From the NCBI GenBank assembly GCA_044892505.1, contig CM097882.1:425816001-425880000 (forward strand): a stretch of DNA of 64,000 bases, in the 5' to 3' direction. Origin of the DNA: Schmidtea nova (Eukaryota). The notes under the pieces were generated by a model that was not told where the DNA came from, did no database searches, and saw only the letters and a program-made list of their open reading frames with translations. Positions 50,501 through 62,880 of the stretch are shown in pieces (the stretch's first letter is position 1; each line of letters begins with the position of its first letter). A program made the position numbers and the translations under genes.

Positions 50501-50989
50501 TCCGCCCTAGCCGCGCAAAGTACACACAAACTGCTCTCCGGTACAAGAAAAATTGAGTTTCGCCTTCCAAGTTTTTTTACTCCGGCCCTTGAATACCGTT
50601 TGGTCTTTTCTCATACGCTCCGCGTACTTCGGCGAGGGCTATTGTAGTGCTTCCGTCATTTATATATCTTTATANNNNNNNNNNNNNNNNNNNNNNNNNN
50701 NNNNNNNNNNNNNNNNNNNNNNNNNNNNNNNNNNNNNNNNNNNNNNNNNNNNNNNNNNNNNNNNNNNNNNNNNNNNNNNNNNNNNNNNNNNNNNNNNNNN
50801 NNNNAAAGCACTGGCACAATTTAGAATTTACAAAAAAGTAAGAAGAAAATTCGAAAAGCAATGCAATTAAAGATGGAGTTCGAACAACAGAAGAAAAACG
50901 CAGCACCAATATATTTTCTTTCAAATAAAATTTTGTTGTTATCGATGATTATTTGTTCAGTCTCGATTAAATAATAAAAATAAATTTAT

Positions 50990-53791
50990 TAATAAAATAT
51001 TGAAAATCTAAAGATGCAATCCGATATGTGAAATACATTTTGAATTTTCAGATATTTTTATGTGTAATAAATGGGATATAGGCAAAACAGATATTTTAAA
51101 GCACAGAATAGAAACTAATTCCAATCCAATACCAATTAAGCCACGGTGACAACCAATGCACTATGAGGAAAAACTAGAAGAAATTGTTAAAAACCTAGAA
51201 GGAAATAAAATTATAGAGAAATGCGAATCACATTGGAATTCACCAATAGTATGTGTGCTAAAAAAGGAACTTCTGAAATTCGAATATGTTTGGATTTTAG
51301 TATTTTAAATTCATATACAGTTAGACCAGATTTTCCAATTCCCAATGTTGATAAAATGCTAGATTCTTTGTACGGGGCCTGTTATGAATTCGAATATAAG
51401 ATGTTCAATAATTTATTTAAATCACAACTTTGATTCTTTCCTAATTTGAATTTCTACTTTTTATTTTCTTCTGGTTATTTAAACAAAAATAATTTATAAT
51501 ATATTTCTGCAATATCATTTAATTATATAATAATAAAACACTACAGGGCCAAATATTTTTCGTCGATCGACTTCGGAAATGCTTATTATAAAGTTGAATT
51601 GGATGAAGAGAGTAAATTGAAAACAGCATTTTCTACAAGACAGAGCCAATTCTGCTTTAATAGGATGCCTTTTCAAATAGCTGCCGCACCATCAACGTTT
51701 CAAAAATTTATGACATTAATAATTGAAGATATGATGTGGAATGAAGCATTAGTCTATTTAGATGGCAAATTGATCTTTTCGAAAACTATTAAAGAACAAA
51801 AAGAAAGAATAAATAAGCTTTTCATTAGAATTAGGAAATCTGGACCAAAAATTAACCCTGGAAATGCAAGTTCCTAGTATCTGAATTAAAGTGTCTTAGA
51901 CATATAATTAATGAAAAGGTATTAAAACAGATGAGTCTAAGATTGAAACAATTAAAATTTTAAAGCAGTCTAATTGTGTGAAACATCTTAGGAGCATTTT
52001 AGGATTGTGTAATTACTATAGGAAATTTATTCAAAATTACTCAAAAATAGCTAGGCTATTGGAATATTTAATTGGAGGTAAAAGCAAAAGTATTATTTGG
52101 ACATCACAATGTGTAAAAGTTTTGGACGAGTTAAAACATAGTTTGATCAGTGCACCATTACTATGTCATTCGGATTTTAATAAAGCGTCCATTTTAGACA
52201 CCGATGCTATTATTATTAATAGTTTTGATAGTATTGGTGCTGCTTTATTGCAAAGAGGTGACGATGATGAAGAAAAAATAATTGCATATGGTTCAAAAAG
52301 TACGAATAAACATTAAGTTGGGTATTGTATAACAAGAAAGGAATTATTATCTGTTTTCCATTTTACACAGCATTTTAAACATTATCTGTACGGAAAGAAA
52401 ATTATTTTAAGAACTGATCATAAGGCAATCACATTTGTGTTAACTACAAAAAAGCCAATTACCGCTCAGTTTCAAAATTGGATAAATTTTTTAAGTAGTA
52501 TGGACATGAAATTAGAATATCGTATAGGTGAGAAACACAATAATGCGGGTGCACTATCACGACTGAATATTGGAAATTGCACACAATTTCAGATGAATTA
52601 TATTGATCCTAAAGCAAAAAGATTAAAGCTATAATTTTAGCAATGTCGATAGAAGATCAAACATTTAAATGGCAAAGTAATTCATAAGAAATAATGGAAA
52701 TAGAAGAAAACATTCAGAACGGCAAAACTGAAGATTATTATGTGGACAATGGAATTATTATAACTCATAATAATAAAATATATGTTCCTTCAAATATGAA
52801 AAATAATTTTATACTAGACATCCATGAAGAATTGTGTCAGGCAGGAATCAACAAAACGACAAGTTACATGAAGAATTATTATAATTTCAAAGAAATGTAC
52901 AAAAGTATTAAGAGAATTATTACAACTTGTGAAATTTGCCAGAAACGTAAAACATTCACTAGTAAAACAAAAGAAATTATTGAAAAACTTATTGCGCATG
53001 AACCATTTGAAAAAATAAATATTGATTTTTGTGGCCCCAATAAATTGACACCATCAGGCAAAAAATATGTGATGGCTATAATAGATCAGTTTAGTAAATA
53101 TATAGTATTAAAAGCTGTAAGAACACAAGAAGAGAAGACATTTATTGATAATGTGGAAAGTTCGTTTATATTGAAGTTTGGACCGCCAAAGGAAATTTAT
53201 GTTGATTAAGGAAAATGTTTTGAATCCCAAGCTTTTAAAAATATTTCAGTAAAGTATCACTTGAAGATTGTTTATTCAAGTCATTATCATCATCAATCTA
53301 ATGGACAAATTGAAAGGCAATTTAGAACGCTAAGAGACTGGATTTCCTGCTGTTTGGAAGAGAAACAATTTAAGACATGAGAAGAAGAATTGCCTCATAT
53401 AGAATTTTCAATGAATTCAACAATGCAGTCAAGTATAAAAGTTAGTCCTGTTGAAGTAATTTACGGAAGAAAATTTTGCAAAGAGCGTTTTACCAATGAT
53501 CCAGAAATTAATGGTAAAGAACGAAAGAAACATGAAATAGCATTGAATATTAAATCATTTGACCGTATAAATAATTATAATCAGGAAAATCGAATACATA
53601 GATTTTTCGGAGTCGGTGAATTGGTACTCATCAAGGAAGATCTCAGAAACAAGCAAGATAACACGTATTGCGGATCTTTTGAAATAATGGAAAAATATAA
53701 TAAAAATAGTTATTTATTAAAAAATGTTAATAATAAATGTATTACTAGAAATGTGGAATGGCTAAAGTCATTTAAAACGAGGGGACTGTGA
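50990..53791 (+). pseudogene. Degraded Gypsy pol (RT, RNase H, integrase)
   Basis: KHRIET, WNSP, RICLDF, KTAFST..FNRMPF, VYLDG (YLDD lost), LGLCNYYRKF, LDTDA..IGA.L, RTDHKA, CEICQ, IDFCGP, IDQFSK, SNGQIER; many stops and frameshifts. Confidence 0.93.
51380..51545 (+). mobile_element. Solo LTR, 166 bp, inserted in the Gypsy RT
   Basis: TG...CA ends, perfect 5-bp TSD GGGCC, AATAAA near the 3' end; removal restores DSLYGA|KYFSSID. Confidence 0.88.
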
Positions 53792-54030
53792 TGTAATTAT
53801 AATGGGATATTTGATTTCCCTAACCCCTATTATATATTGTGTAATGCCTGCATGTGTGATTGATTATGCTTGACTTTCTGGGTCCTCAGATGACATCATT
53901 GCTTATTATTTCCCAAGAAGCTATTGCTGATTGTGCTGGTGTCGGCACACCGGGTACTATAAATAGTACCAAGATTTCTTAAATAAAGTTTTAGAACTTC
54001 AAAAGTTATTCTTATTCTTTACAACCCACA
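53787..54030 (+). mobile_element. 3' LTR of the Gypsy pol element, 244 bp
   Basis: Polypurine tract GAGGGGA at the pol end, TGTG...CACA termini, TATAAA and AATAAA inside. Confidence 0.8.
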
Positions 54031-54429
54031 AAATTCTTTTTCATTTTTTTAGTCGAAGCTGTGAAACAATTAAGTCCAGCTTTCGCTTTTTAAACATTTG
54101 AGGACGGTTTTAATAACTAATATTTGATAAATTTTGGGACAGCAGTTGTGCTACTTTGTAAATGTTGAGAACAGAATTGTAAATTGTAATATTTAATAAA
54201 ATTTGTTTACACTCAAATAGTGACTGCATTAACGGTAAACGGTAAATCAATTTACCGGTTTTACCGTCATTTTTCCTTTACCGAATTACCGGTAAATTTT
54301 AGTTTATTTACCGGTAAAATGGTAAATTAATTAATTTTTTTACGAAATTAAAACAATCTAAATTCTAAATAACGATATGAATTACAATGTATAGAAAAGC
54401 ATTTATATAATAGATATTTATATATCTAG

Positions 54430-54552
54430 ATTCTAGAACAAGAAATTGTTATTTTGCGCACGAGCGAATTTTTACTATTCGAGGGTTACACCGCGTAGCC
54501 GAGAAGAATAATTTCTTTGAGAGCGCAAAATAACAATTTCTTGTTCTAGAAT
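54430..54552. repeat. Small hairpin element (30-bp perfect arms, 63-bp spacer) inside the hAT left end
   Basis: ATTCTAGAACAAGAAATTGTTATTTTGCGC and its reverse complement. Confidence 0.8.
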
Positions 54553-55285
54553 TGTATATTAAATTTTTCCTGACAGAATATTTTTGCTTTCTTTTAAATA
54601 CGCATACTATGATATTTAAAAAACAAAGAAAACAAAAATTAAATAAATTTGTTTTATGTTTAAACAGGTTTAATCAATAGAATACCCAAAATATAAAATT
54701 TCTATGTATTGTTTTTTTGGTATCGATTTTTTTTAATGTTTTAAGAGAGAGAAATGAAATAGAAATCTGAAATAAACACAAAAAATTATAAAACGTATTT
54801 TTATCTTGCAGAGTAAAAATGAAATCCAATTGGTTTTCGTATTGCTTACCACTACTAAAACGTGTTTCAAAGAAATTTGCAGTGACACTCATAATTCAAA
54901 AATCGTTTGGAAAAAAACGTATCAAAAATATAACCATCTCTTTTATCCTTTTCATGTAATATTTTTTCTGTTTTGCTACATTTTATTTTCTAAAATGAGT
55001 AGTCCATTTGTATGTTCGTTTTAAACTATAAGAAAAGAAGACATTTATTTTTTATGGACCTACTGTTTGCACTCTTCTAACACGAAAATAAAAAAAGAAA
55101 CTTTTTCGGAGTGATAAGTTTACAATTACAATTTTGAGGAAATTAATGAGTAAAATAATAATTCTGTATTTTTAAATTACTAATCCATTAATCATTAAAA
55201 TATCACGGTATGTATTTATAATTTGGTATTAAATTTTGTTGAATATTTACTTGATTAAAATTTTTGTTGTTAGGCCTATAAAACA

Positions 55286-57265
55286 ATGGAAAGCAAAAAT
55301 TTATCTAACTACGAAAACGAAACCAAAAAGACATTATGGGACTTCTTTTTGCGTAAAGGAAACGATGCCGCGAAATGCAAGAATTGTAATAAAACTTTAA
55401 AATCCGTAGGAGGTTCTACCAGTGGACTACACTATCATCTTAGAAGTCAGCATCAAATTAATTTACTAAAGCGAGATAAACCAGACCCTTCTACGCAATT
55501 CTCTCAAAATAAAAGCGACTGCGCTGTGAGCACTTCAAAGGGTGGTATTATGAATTATTTCAAAAACGTAGTTGATGATACTCTTCCTGCAGTGATTTCT
55601 AGGATGGTAGCAAGGGATGGGTTACCTTTTGAAAAGTTTTGTACCTCTTGTGATTTGAGAAAATTATTAATTGCAAAAGGATATGATGTCCCAAAATCAG
55701 CAAATTCAATCAGAAAAATTGTAATGGATTACGGAGAAAAAATTAGGAATGAAGTACGTGGAGAAATTTCAAATCATAGCAAAAATGGAAGCAAGTTTAG
55801 CCTCACGTTCGATGAATGGACATCCATCAAAAACCGTCGTTACATGAATGTAAATGTCCATGTTGAAAAACTGTTTTGGAATTTAGGCTTAACGCGGTTG
55901 CAAGGATTGATGCCTGCAGAAAAATGTGTAGAAACTCTGGAAAAAAAACTTCAGGAATTTGGACTAAATTTTAATAGCGTCGTAGCGATAACTACAGATG
56001 GGGCAGCAGTAATGAAGAAGGTTGGTGTAGTTTTAAATATACATCATCAGCTATGTTATGCGCATGGAATCCAGCTCGCGGTGGTTAAAGTTTTATACAA
56101 AAGAAAAAGTGAAATAATTGAATTAGCAGAAGAATCAAGTAGTTCCATAGAAGATACCGAAGATTATTATGATGAAGATGATGATCTTAATGAAAATTTG
56201 ATTATAGTAGTAACGGATGATCCAATAGTTCAATGTGATATCTCCCATGAAGAATTAATTCCTATTATAAACAAAATACGAAGAGTAGTGAAAATATTTC
56301 GAAAGTCACCTACTAAAAATGATGACACTCTTCAAAAGCATGTCATCAATGAATTTGGATATGAAATTTCTTTAATATTGGATAGTAAAACCCGATGGAA
56401 CAGCTTATTAGCTATGCTGGAACGTTTCTTCAAATTAAAATCCGCTGTGAGAAAAAGTTTAATAGACTTAAATGTTGATATCAATTTTTCAGAAAATGAA
56501 TTAAACTTGGTTAATGAAATGATAAATGCATTGGAACCAATAAAATTGGCAGTTGAATCTCTAGGCTCCTCAGATTTTACATTATTAAGTGCTGATGTAA
56601 CACTCAAATTTATGCTTGATGAATTATATGAACAGAATACTGTTCTAAGCAGAGAACTTCAACGTGAATTAATCATTCGAATCGAAGAACGTAGAACAAA
56701 TTACTCAGATGTGCTTCAGTTCTTACAAAATCCTTTAGAATATGAAATATCAAAGGATAACACAAATTATGGATTATTTAATAAACTAAATAAAAGCGCA
56801 ATAGTCAAAACTATTGTTTCAATTATTGAGCGCTTGGTAATAAATATTGATATAAATAATGAAACAGAAACTGAATCACCTGAAGATGAGACAATAAATT
56901 TGTCCGTAACCGTACCACAACAGTTGACAATGAAAGAACGGTTAAAAATCGCCATTCAAAGGAAAAATGAAGTTAATTTTGACGCTTTGGCTACTTCACC
57001 AATTAAAAACAAAAAGAAAATAGAGAATATCATCAAAAAGGAAATGAATTCTATTGCGGAGGAAAAACGCCTTGGAACATATTTGGAATTAGCACAAAAA
57101 TATTTGCATACAATAAAACCAACGAGTGTGGAGTCAGAAAGAGCCTTTTCTGCTGCAGGAAAATTGTGTACGAAGATTAGATCAAATCTTAATGATCAAA
57201 CAATAGATACAATTTGTATTTTACGTGGATATTTTGGTAAGCAGAAACATTTAGTTGGTACTTGA
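55286..57265 (+). CDS. hAT transposase with BED zinc finger, 659 aa
   Basis: BED (W.FF..AKCKNC..STSGLHYHLRSQH), FDEWTS, TTDGAAVM, CYAH, TRWNS, PTSVESERAFS: the DDE triad and CxxH are all present. Confidence 0.95.
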   Translation: MESKNLSNYENETKKTLWDFFLRKGNDAAKCKNCNKTLKSVGGSTSGLHYHLRSQHQINLLKRDKPDPSTQFSQNKSDCAVSTSKGGIMNYFKNVVDDTLPAVISRMVARDGLPFEKFCTSCDLRKLLIAKGYDVPKSANSIRKIVMDYGEKIRNEVRGEISNHSKNGSKFSLTFDEWTSIKNRRYMNVNVHVEKLFWNLGLTRLQGLMPAEKCVETLEKKLQEFGLNFNSVVAITTDGAAVMKKVGVVLNIHHQLCYAHGIQLAVVKVLYKRKSEIIELAEESSSSIEDTEDYYDEDDDLNENLIIVVTDDPIVQCDISHEELIPIINKIRRVVKIFRKSPTKNDDTLQKHVINEFGYEISLILDSKTRWNSLLAMLERFFKLKSAVRKSLIDLNVDINFSENELNLVNEMINALEPIKLAVESLGSSDFTLLSADVTLKFMLDELYEQNTVLSRELQRELIIRIEERRTNYSDVLQFLQNPLEYEISKDNTNYGLFNKLNKSAIVKTIVSIIERLVINIDINNETETESPEDETINLSVTVPQQLTMKERLKIAIQRKNEVNFDALATSPIKNKKKIENIIKKEMNSIAEEKRLGTYLELAQKYLHTIKPTSVESERAFSAAGKLCTKIRSNLNDQTIDTICILRGYFGKQKHLVGT

Positions 57266-57524
57266 TCATATCATGTGTAAAAATATTTTTTACTCTCTTT
57301 GTTTAATGAATTGTGAATGTAATATTTTTTATTTAATAATAATATGTAATAACAATGAATTCTAAAACATTTAAATTTTCTATTATTTCTATCATTTTAC
57401 CGGTAAATTACCGGTAAACCGATAAAGTGATGAATTTTTTACCGTTTACCGGTAAATGAAAATTACGGTAAATTTGCAGTCCCTACACTCAAACATTATT
57501 TAAAAAGACCTTATTTACATTATT

Positions 57525-58340
57525 TATTATTATAAGAATTATCGTTTGGAGTCCGAAAATCAATTAATTAATCGTGAGAAAAAAAACTATTCTGTGTTGA
57601 TTCGTAACCACTGATACGAACCGAACAATTATATGGTAAATTTTCTTATAATAATTTGATCGATTTATCATCGATTTTTAGATTATGAAAATTTCAAATT
57701 TACATTTCTATTTGAACATTTCTGGTATGGTAAGCATTTCCTCATTAATTATAAATTTTAGATTTCAGATATTTTAGATTCTCCGATGATTCCAGAGTTG
57801 GTAGAAGTGAGCCCTCCATGACTCATCTTTGCAGATGATAACATCCATCCAAAAATGATGTGAATTTTTCCAAGTCACATGATCCGATCAAGTATTGATA
57901 AGTTTACTTTTTTTACTTACTATTTATTATTGTTTATTTATTATTTACACACAACACATATTATTATTATAAGAATTATCGTTTGAAGTCCGATAACCAA
58001 TTAATCAATTGTGAGAAAAAAAACTATTCTGTGTTGATTCGTAACCACTGATACGAACCGAACAATTATATGGTAAATTTTCTTATAATAATTTGATCGA
58101 TTTATCATCGATTTTTAGATTATGAAAATTTCAAATTTACATTTCTATTTGAACATTTCTGGTATGGTAAGCATTTCCTCATTAATTATAAATTTTAGAT
58201 TTCAGATATTTTAGATTCTCCGATGATTCCAGAGTTGGTAGAAGTAAGCCCTCCATGACTCATCTTTGCAGATGATAACATCCATCCAAAAATGATATTA
58301 ATTTTTCCAAGTCACATGATCCGATCAAGAATTGATAAGT
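57525..58340. repeat. Tandem duplication, period 437 bp, near-identical copies
   Basis: ATCGTTTG at 57541 and 57978; ~380 bp shared with few substitutions. Confidence 0.92.
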
Positions 58341-59653
58341 CATATGAAGGTCAAGATCACTTAAACAAAGACAATGGCTAATCAATTTTAGAAAATTTTT
58401 CTGTTAGTTATAATTAATTTAAATTATTTTTCATTATTTTTATCGTTAGTTTTAATTGTAATTTACCTTTTAGACTTCTAACTTGAAATTTAATAATTTT
58501 CATTTGAAACTTTTAATTTTAGGCTTTTGATTTTAAATTAAAAATATAATGGTTTATAATTTTAGGCTTTTTTAGTGTTGACTTGCTTTTTAATCTTTTT
58601 CAATTAATTACATTAATTTCTCATTTTCAATGATATTATTTTTAATTTTAATTTACCGTTTGTACTTTAGTCAATTGCGGGAGTGGCATTTTTTAATTAG
58701 TATTTGACGAAAATCTGAGAGCTGATCCTTCTCGAATAATAATTTTCACGTGTGAATCTTTTATGATTTAAGATAATCGATTATTTTTCTTGGCATTTGT
58801 GTTAATGTAGTTTTGTTGAAAAAATTACCATGTTTCTATTTACCTGATAATTTATATCTTTTAGGATTTCCGAGAGTCAAGACATTTTAGATGGAATTTT
58901 GACGGGGGAGAGTAATTTATATTGATTTTTTCGATGCTTATTTGTTTGAAATTTAACTGGTGATTTTATTTTTAATTTAAGAATTGCGGGAGTCAACACT
59001 TCTTACGTTTGCTGGAGGAGATAAGTTTTTAATGTCGTTCACTTTATGTGTTTTTATTGGTAATTCATTTTTCAATAGTTTTTCATTGACTCTTTTTACA
59101 TTGGGATTCTTTTTATGTTTGCCGGAGGAAAGTAGACTTGTGTATCCTTCTTTTTTCATTGCTTTTTCATTAGGAAATTGTCGACTCTTTCTAAGAGAAT
59201 TATCTATTTAAATTTGAATTTGAAAATTGTGGGAGTCTTTTGTTGAAGAAGAACAATTTTTTATATCTTTCGTTTGTTATCTATTTTTATTGGTAAGTGT
59301 TTTGTCAACAGTTTTTCATTGAAACAATTTACATTTGTCGGCGGAGACTTATGTCTTACAATAGGAAATTGTTGATTCTTATCTTAGAGTGTCTTTTGTT
59401 GAAGCCGGTGTAGAACAATTTTAAGGTTATGCATGTTCTTGTATATCTTTTTTTGAAAAAAAACCTTTGAAAATATTAATAAATTTGAAAATTTTCGAAA
59501 AATAAAATAAATTAAAATCAAATCAAAAAAGTTCTATATTACTTCATTGAGTATACAAATGAAAATATTATACAATTAGTTATGCAATCAATTATGTAGT
59601 GTATTGTGTAGTATGCATATTGTTATGTAATTATAAAATATATTTGTAATTTT

Positions 59654-59990
59654 TGTAACCCGCCCCTAAAATTTAGGGGTTAGCTGTTTAAATGTTGCGT
59701 AATTTATACAGTTTAAGGAAAATTGCTTGTGTCAGAGCACTTACTTCCCCCTACTCACCCGTATTAATATTTCCTTGAAGAGTGTAATGTAGGAATTTAG
59801 AAGAGAACGGTTGAGCCCTACCGAGTCACCTGTAAAGTGTGTCGGGACAATTGGGGTGCGTGTTGTTTGTTATTTGTGAAGGCGTATGTGATCTTACTAC
59901 CAACTCTAACTCAAACTAATTAAAGCTTTTATTTTTCTAAAAATTATAAACAACAAAATTAATGCTAACGCTACTCACGGGTGGATAACA
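59654..59990. mobile_element. Possible solo LTR, ~337 bp
   Basis: TGTAACCCGCCC...GGGTGGATAACA imperfect inverted ends; no TSD found. Confidence 0.4.
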
Positions 59991-60005
59991 TATAACAAAA
60001 TTTGT

Positions 60006-60711
60006 GGTTCTTTTCGGTTAACTGATCGCATTTTTAAAAATATATTTTATTGATCAAAATCATTTAAATTTCAATATCCGGTGGACAAAAATCAGCAATA
60101 AAGCGAAGAATCTGGTCAAACGGTTCATCTTCGCCCCTGTTTCGTCGCCACATGAATTCCTCCATATATGATTCCAGAAAAATTCGCTTGGTGCCGCTCT
60201 GCCTTTTGTTTCGCCACTTCACAGTACGCCACATCCTTTCAGCATTTTGTGTGTGAGCACCGGTGTGAGCACCTTCCTCTCCGTTGGGCAATTCGTGATA
60301 TTTGAGAACCATGAGAGGCTAGAGTAATGAAAAAATAATGAGTATTTCTTGTTAAAATGTTAAAAGAAAAAAATGAGAAAAAAAATGAAAAAAAAATAAT
60401 GAGTATTTCTTGTTAAAATGTTAAAATAAAAAAATGAGAAAAAAAAATGAAAAAAATAAGATTTATGCAGAAAATAAAAAAATGCGATCAGCTAACCGAA
60501 AAGAACCAATTAGGTTCTTTTCGGTTAACTGATCGCATTTTTTTATTTTATATGGAGGAATTCATGGGGCGACGAAACAGGGGCGAAGATGAACCGTTTG
60601 ACCAGATTCTTCGCTTTATTGCTGATTTTTGTCCACCGGATATTGAAATTTAAATGATTTTGATCAATAAAATATATTTTTAAAAATGCGATCAGTTAAC
60701 CGAAAAGAACC
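60006..60711. mobile_element. Two adjacent, oppositely oriented Merlin-like deletion derivatives (60006-60507 and 60513-60711)
   Basis: TIR GGTTCTTTTCGGTTAACTGATCGCATTTTT appears four times; ISXO2-like C-terminus HTQNAERMW..YMEEFMWRR; ~163-bp near-identical inverted arms. Confidence 0.85.
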
Positions 60712-61539
60712 AATTAATTTTATAATTTTTAATTCTTTTCTTCTGGGGACCCCTCTAGATTTTATTTTACTATTTTTGGATTCGTCTCACAATTTAGCAT
60801 ACACCGATACTTTTTTCCCCCGCAAAATTTTTATTTTTTAGATTTTCTAACTTTTTAATTAATTTCCGTGATTTAACTATTAATCTTAAAATGTTATATT
60901 TTTATTGATTTGTACAAAGTTTTTATGCTTTCTATTTTTGTATTTGACTAATTTTGTTAAACCCCAGCAATTTTAAAGTTTTCAATTTTCTTTATTCTCT
61001 TTTAATCTACAATTTTTCTGATTTTCTTTTTTCTGATTTCCAATGTTTTCTTTAGATCGTTATTTTTAGCTTTTAATTTTCTGTCGTTTCAAGTATTTAT
61101 TTTCCGAGGTATTTCCTTTAGCTTTTCCTTAGTTTTTTATTTCCTATAATGAATTATTTTTAAAATCTATTATTTTTTTTAGCTATTTTTATTTTCCATA
61201 GTTATTTCCATATTTATTTTGTTTTTAATTTTAAATTTTTATTATTTGGTGTACTAATTGTTTCATAAAAAATAATAATAATATGCAAATAGCATGCATA
61301 CAACAACACAATAAATGTCAATAAAATTATGTCAAAAAATGTCAATAAATGTTCGCAAGATCCCAAATTGTAAATTCATAAATTTCCATAATTATATTGT
61401 CAAAAATTAATTGTCATTCGATATATTGTTTGATCTTGATTGCCATCCACATGTACATTTATTCCATATTTATTTCCTCCTATTCTATAGTCATGAAAAA
61501 TTTCGAATGTGTCGACTATTCTTCCAGTGTCTAACAAAT

Positions 61540-61905
61540 ACACTAAAAAGTAAAAAAATTCAACTTATACTAAATTTGAGTACAAGTAAATGTATTTTGA
61601 AAAATGACCTAAGTACAGTATTTCCAAAAGAATTGGAAATTTTGCTTGGTTTTAAAAACATAAAGTATATCATCCTGGTGAACATATAGGTGAAAGATAA
61701 GTTAATATCAATAATGTAATCACTATTAATATTGACTGTGATCTTGTAGAAGGGGTTTATATAAATGCTGTTGCTAGTAATGTACTTTATTTATTCTCAT
61801 CTAATAGAGCACCTGTCAGTTTTAAAATAATTGAAGGAAGATGGCCGCCTATTTATTTTTTATGTTCAAGAGATTAGAGATATTAAAAACAGTTGATCAA
61901 AAAGG
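61540..61905 (+). pseudogene. Polinton/Maverick (adintovirus-like) minor capsid (penton) fragment
   Basis: LLGF..(fs)HPGEHIGE.*VNINNVITINIDCDLVEGVYINAVASNVLYLF..FKIIE..IY(fs)..VDQKG fits the penton pattern LLGF..V.I..I.CD...GSY.NG....LY.F...GYKI.E..Y.P..DQ.G. Confidence 0.68.
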
Positions 61906-62680
61906 AACTCGTACTCAATTTGTTCGTCGTGTGAAAATGGAGAAAATATCAAGCAATCACACAACAAGTCGTCGTGCCTTTCATCAGCGTCTTCTGTTTT
62001 GGGGATGCTTTTCGGGAAATGGTGGTCGTGGACCAATGGTGTATGTTCCACGCACTATGAACACTGTCACGTACATCAACACATTACAGAACCATTTGGT
62101 CCCATACAAGCAAGCACGATTCCAGACTAACAAGTGCATATTCCAATATGATAATGCACCAAGTCATAAAAGTGGACCGACAGTGTACTTTCTACAAATA
62201 AATAACATCCGCACGATTGAATGGCCACCGTACTCACCGGATTTAAATCCGATTGAGAATATGTGGAGCGTGATAAAGAAAAAGATTCGCCAAAAGCCTT
62301 TGCCCACTAGAGAAGATGTTTGGACCTCTGTAAAGGAGGCTTGGAATGACCCCAGTATTCAGGAGCTGTGCTTGAAACTAGCCGACTTGATGGTTGATTG
62401 GATTACGGCATGTATTGCATCCAAAGGAGGATATACAAAGTATTAAATAAACCTTTGCATCTGGTTTCGTGATTTTTTAACAATGCCGGATTAATTTGCA
62501 CGACAGATTTTTGATGATTATATAATTTCGGCAATCTTAAGAGAGGCAATCACTAATATAAACATGCGTAAACATAAAAAAGTAATCTTCATGTTGCATG
62601 AAAATCTTAGTTCAAACGGACTTATGTGAACAAATATACATCAGAAAATTCCCTTGGTCGGATTAATTTGCACGGGACTT
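61906..62680 (+). mobile_element. 5'-truncated Tc1 element (D34E half of transposase and right TIR)
   Basis: WGCFS, FQYDNAPSH, WPPYSPDLNPIENMW with 34 residues between D and E, GGYTKY stop; terminus GGATTAATTTGCACGGGACT(T)|TA; first catalytic D missing. Confidence 0.88.
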
Positions 62681-62880
62681 TATATCAATTTCTTTTCATT
62701 TAAGTCAAGTTTAATAATTTGTTATATATAAAATGCAAATAAAACGATTTTTTAAAAGATTTTTCGTGAGAACAACCAATAATTTTGATTTATCTAGTAT
62801 TGGATGTGAGTTGGGTTTAAAATTAAATTGTATTATGAGAGATAAATTAATTTTTTAGTTTGTTTTAATTTATCTCTCAT

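Larger units (their letters stand above)
54218..57485 (+). mobile_element. Apparently intact autonomous hAT (Ac-type) transposon, 3268 bp
   Basis: 11-bp TIR TAG(T/G)GACTGCA, perfect 8-bp TSD CACTCAAA, TTACCGGTAA subterminal repeats at both ends, uninterrupted transposase ORF. Confidence 0.95.
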
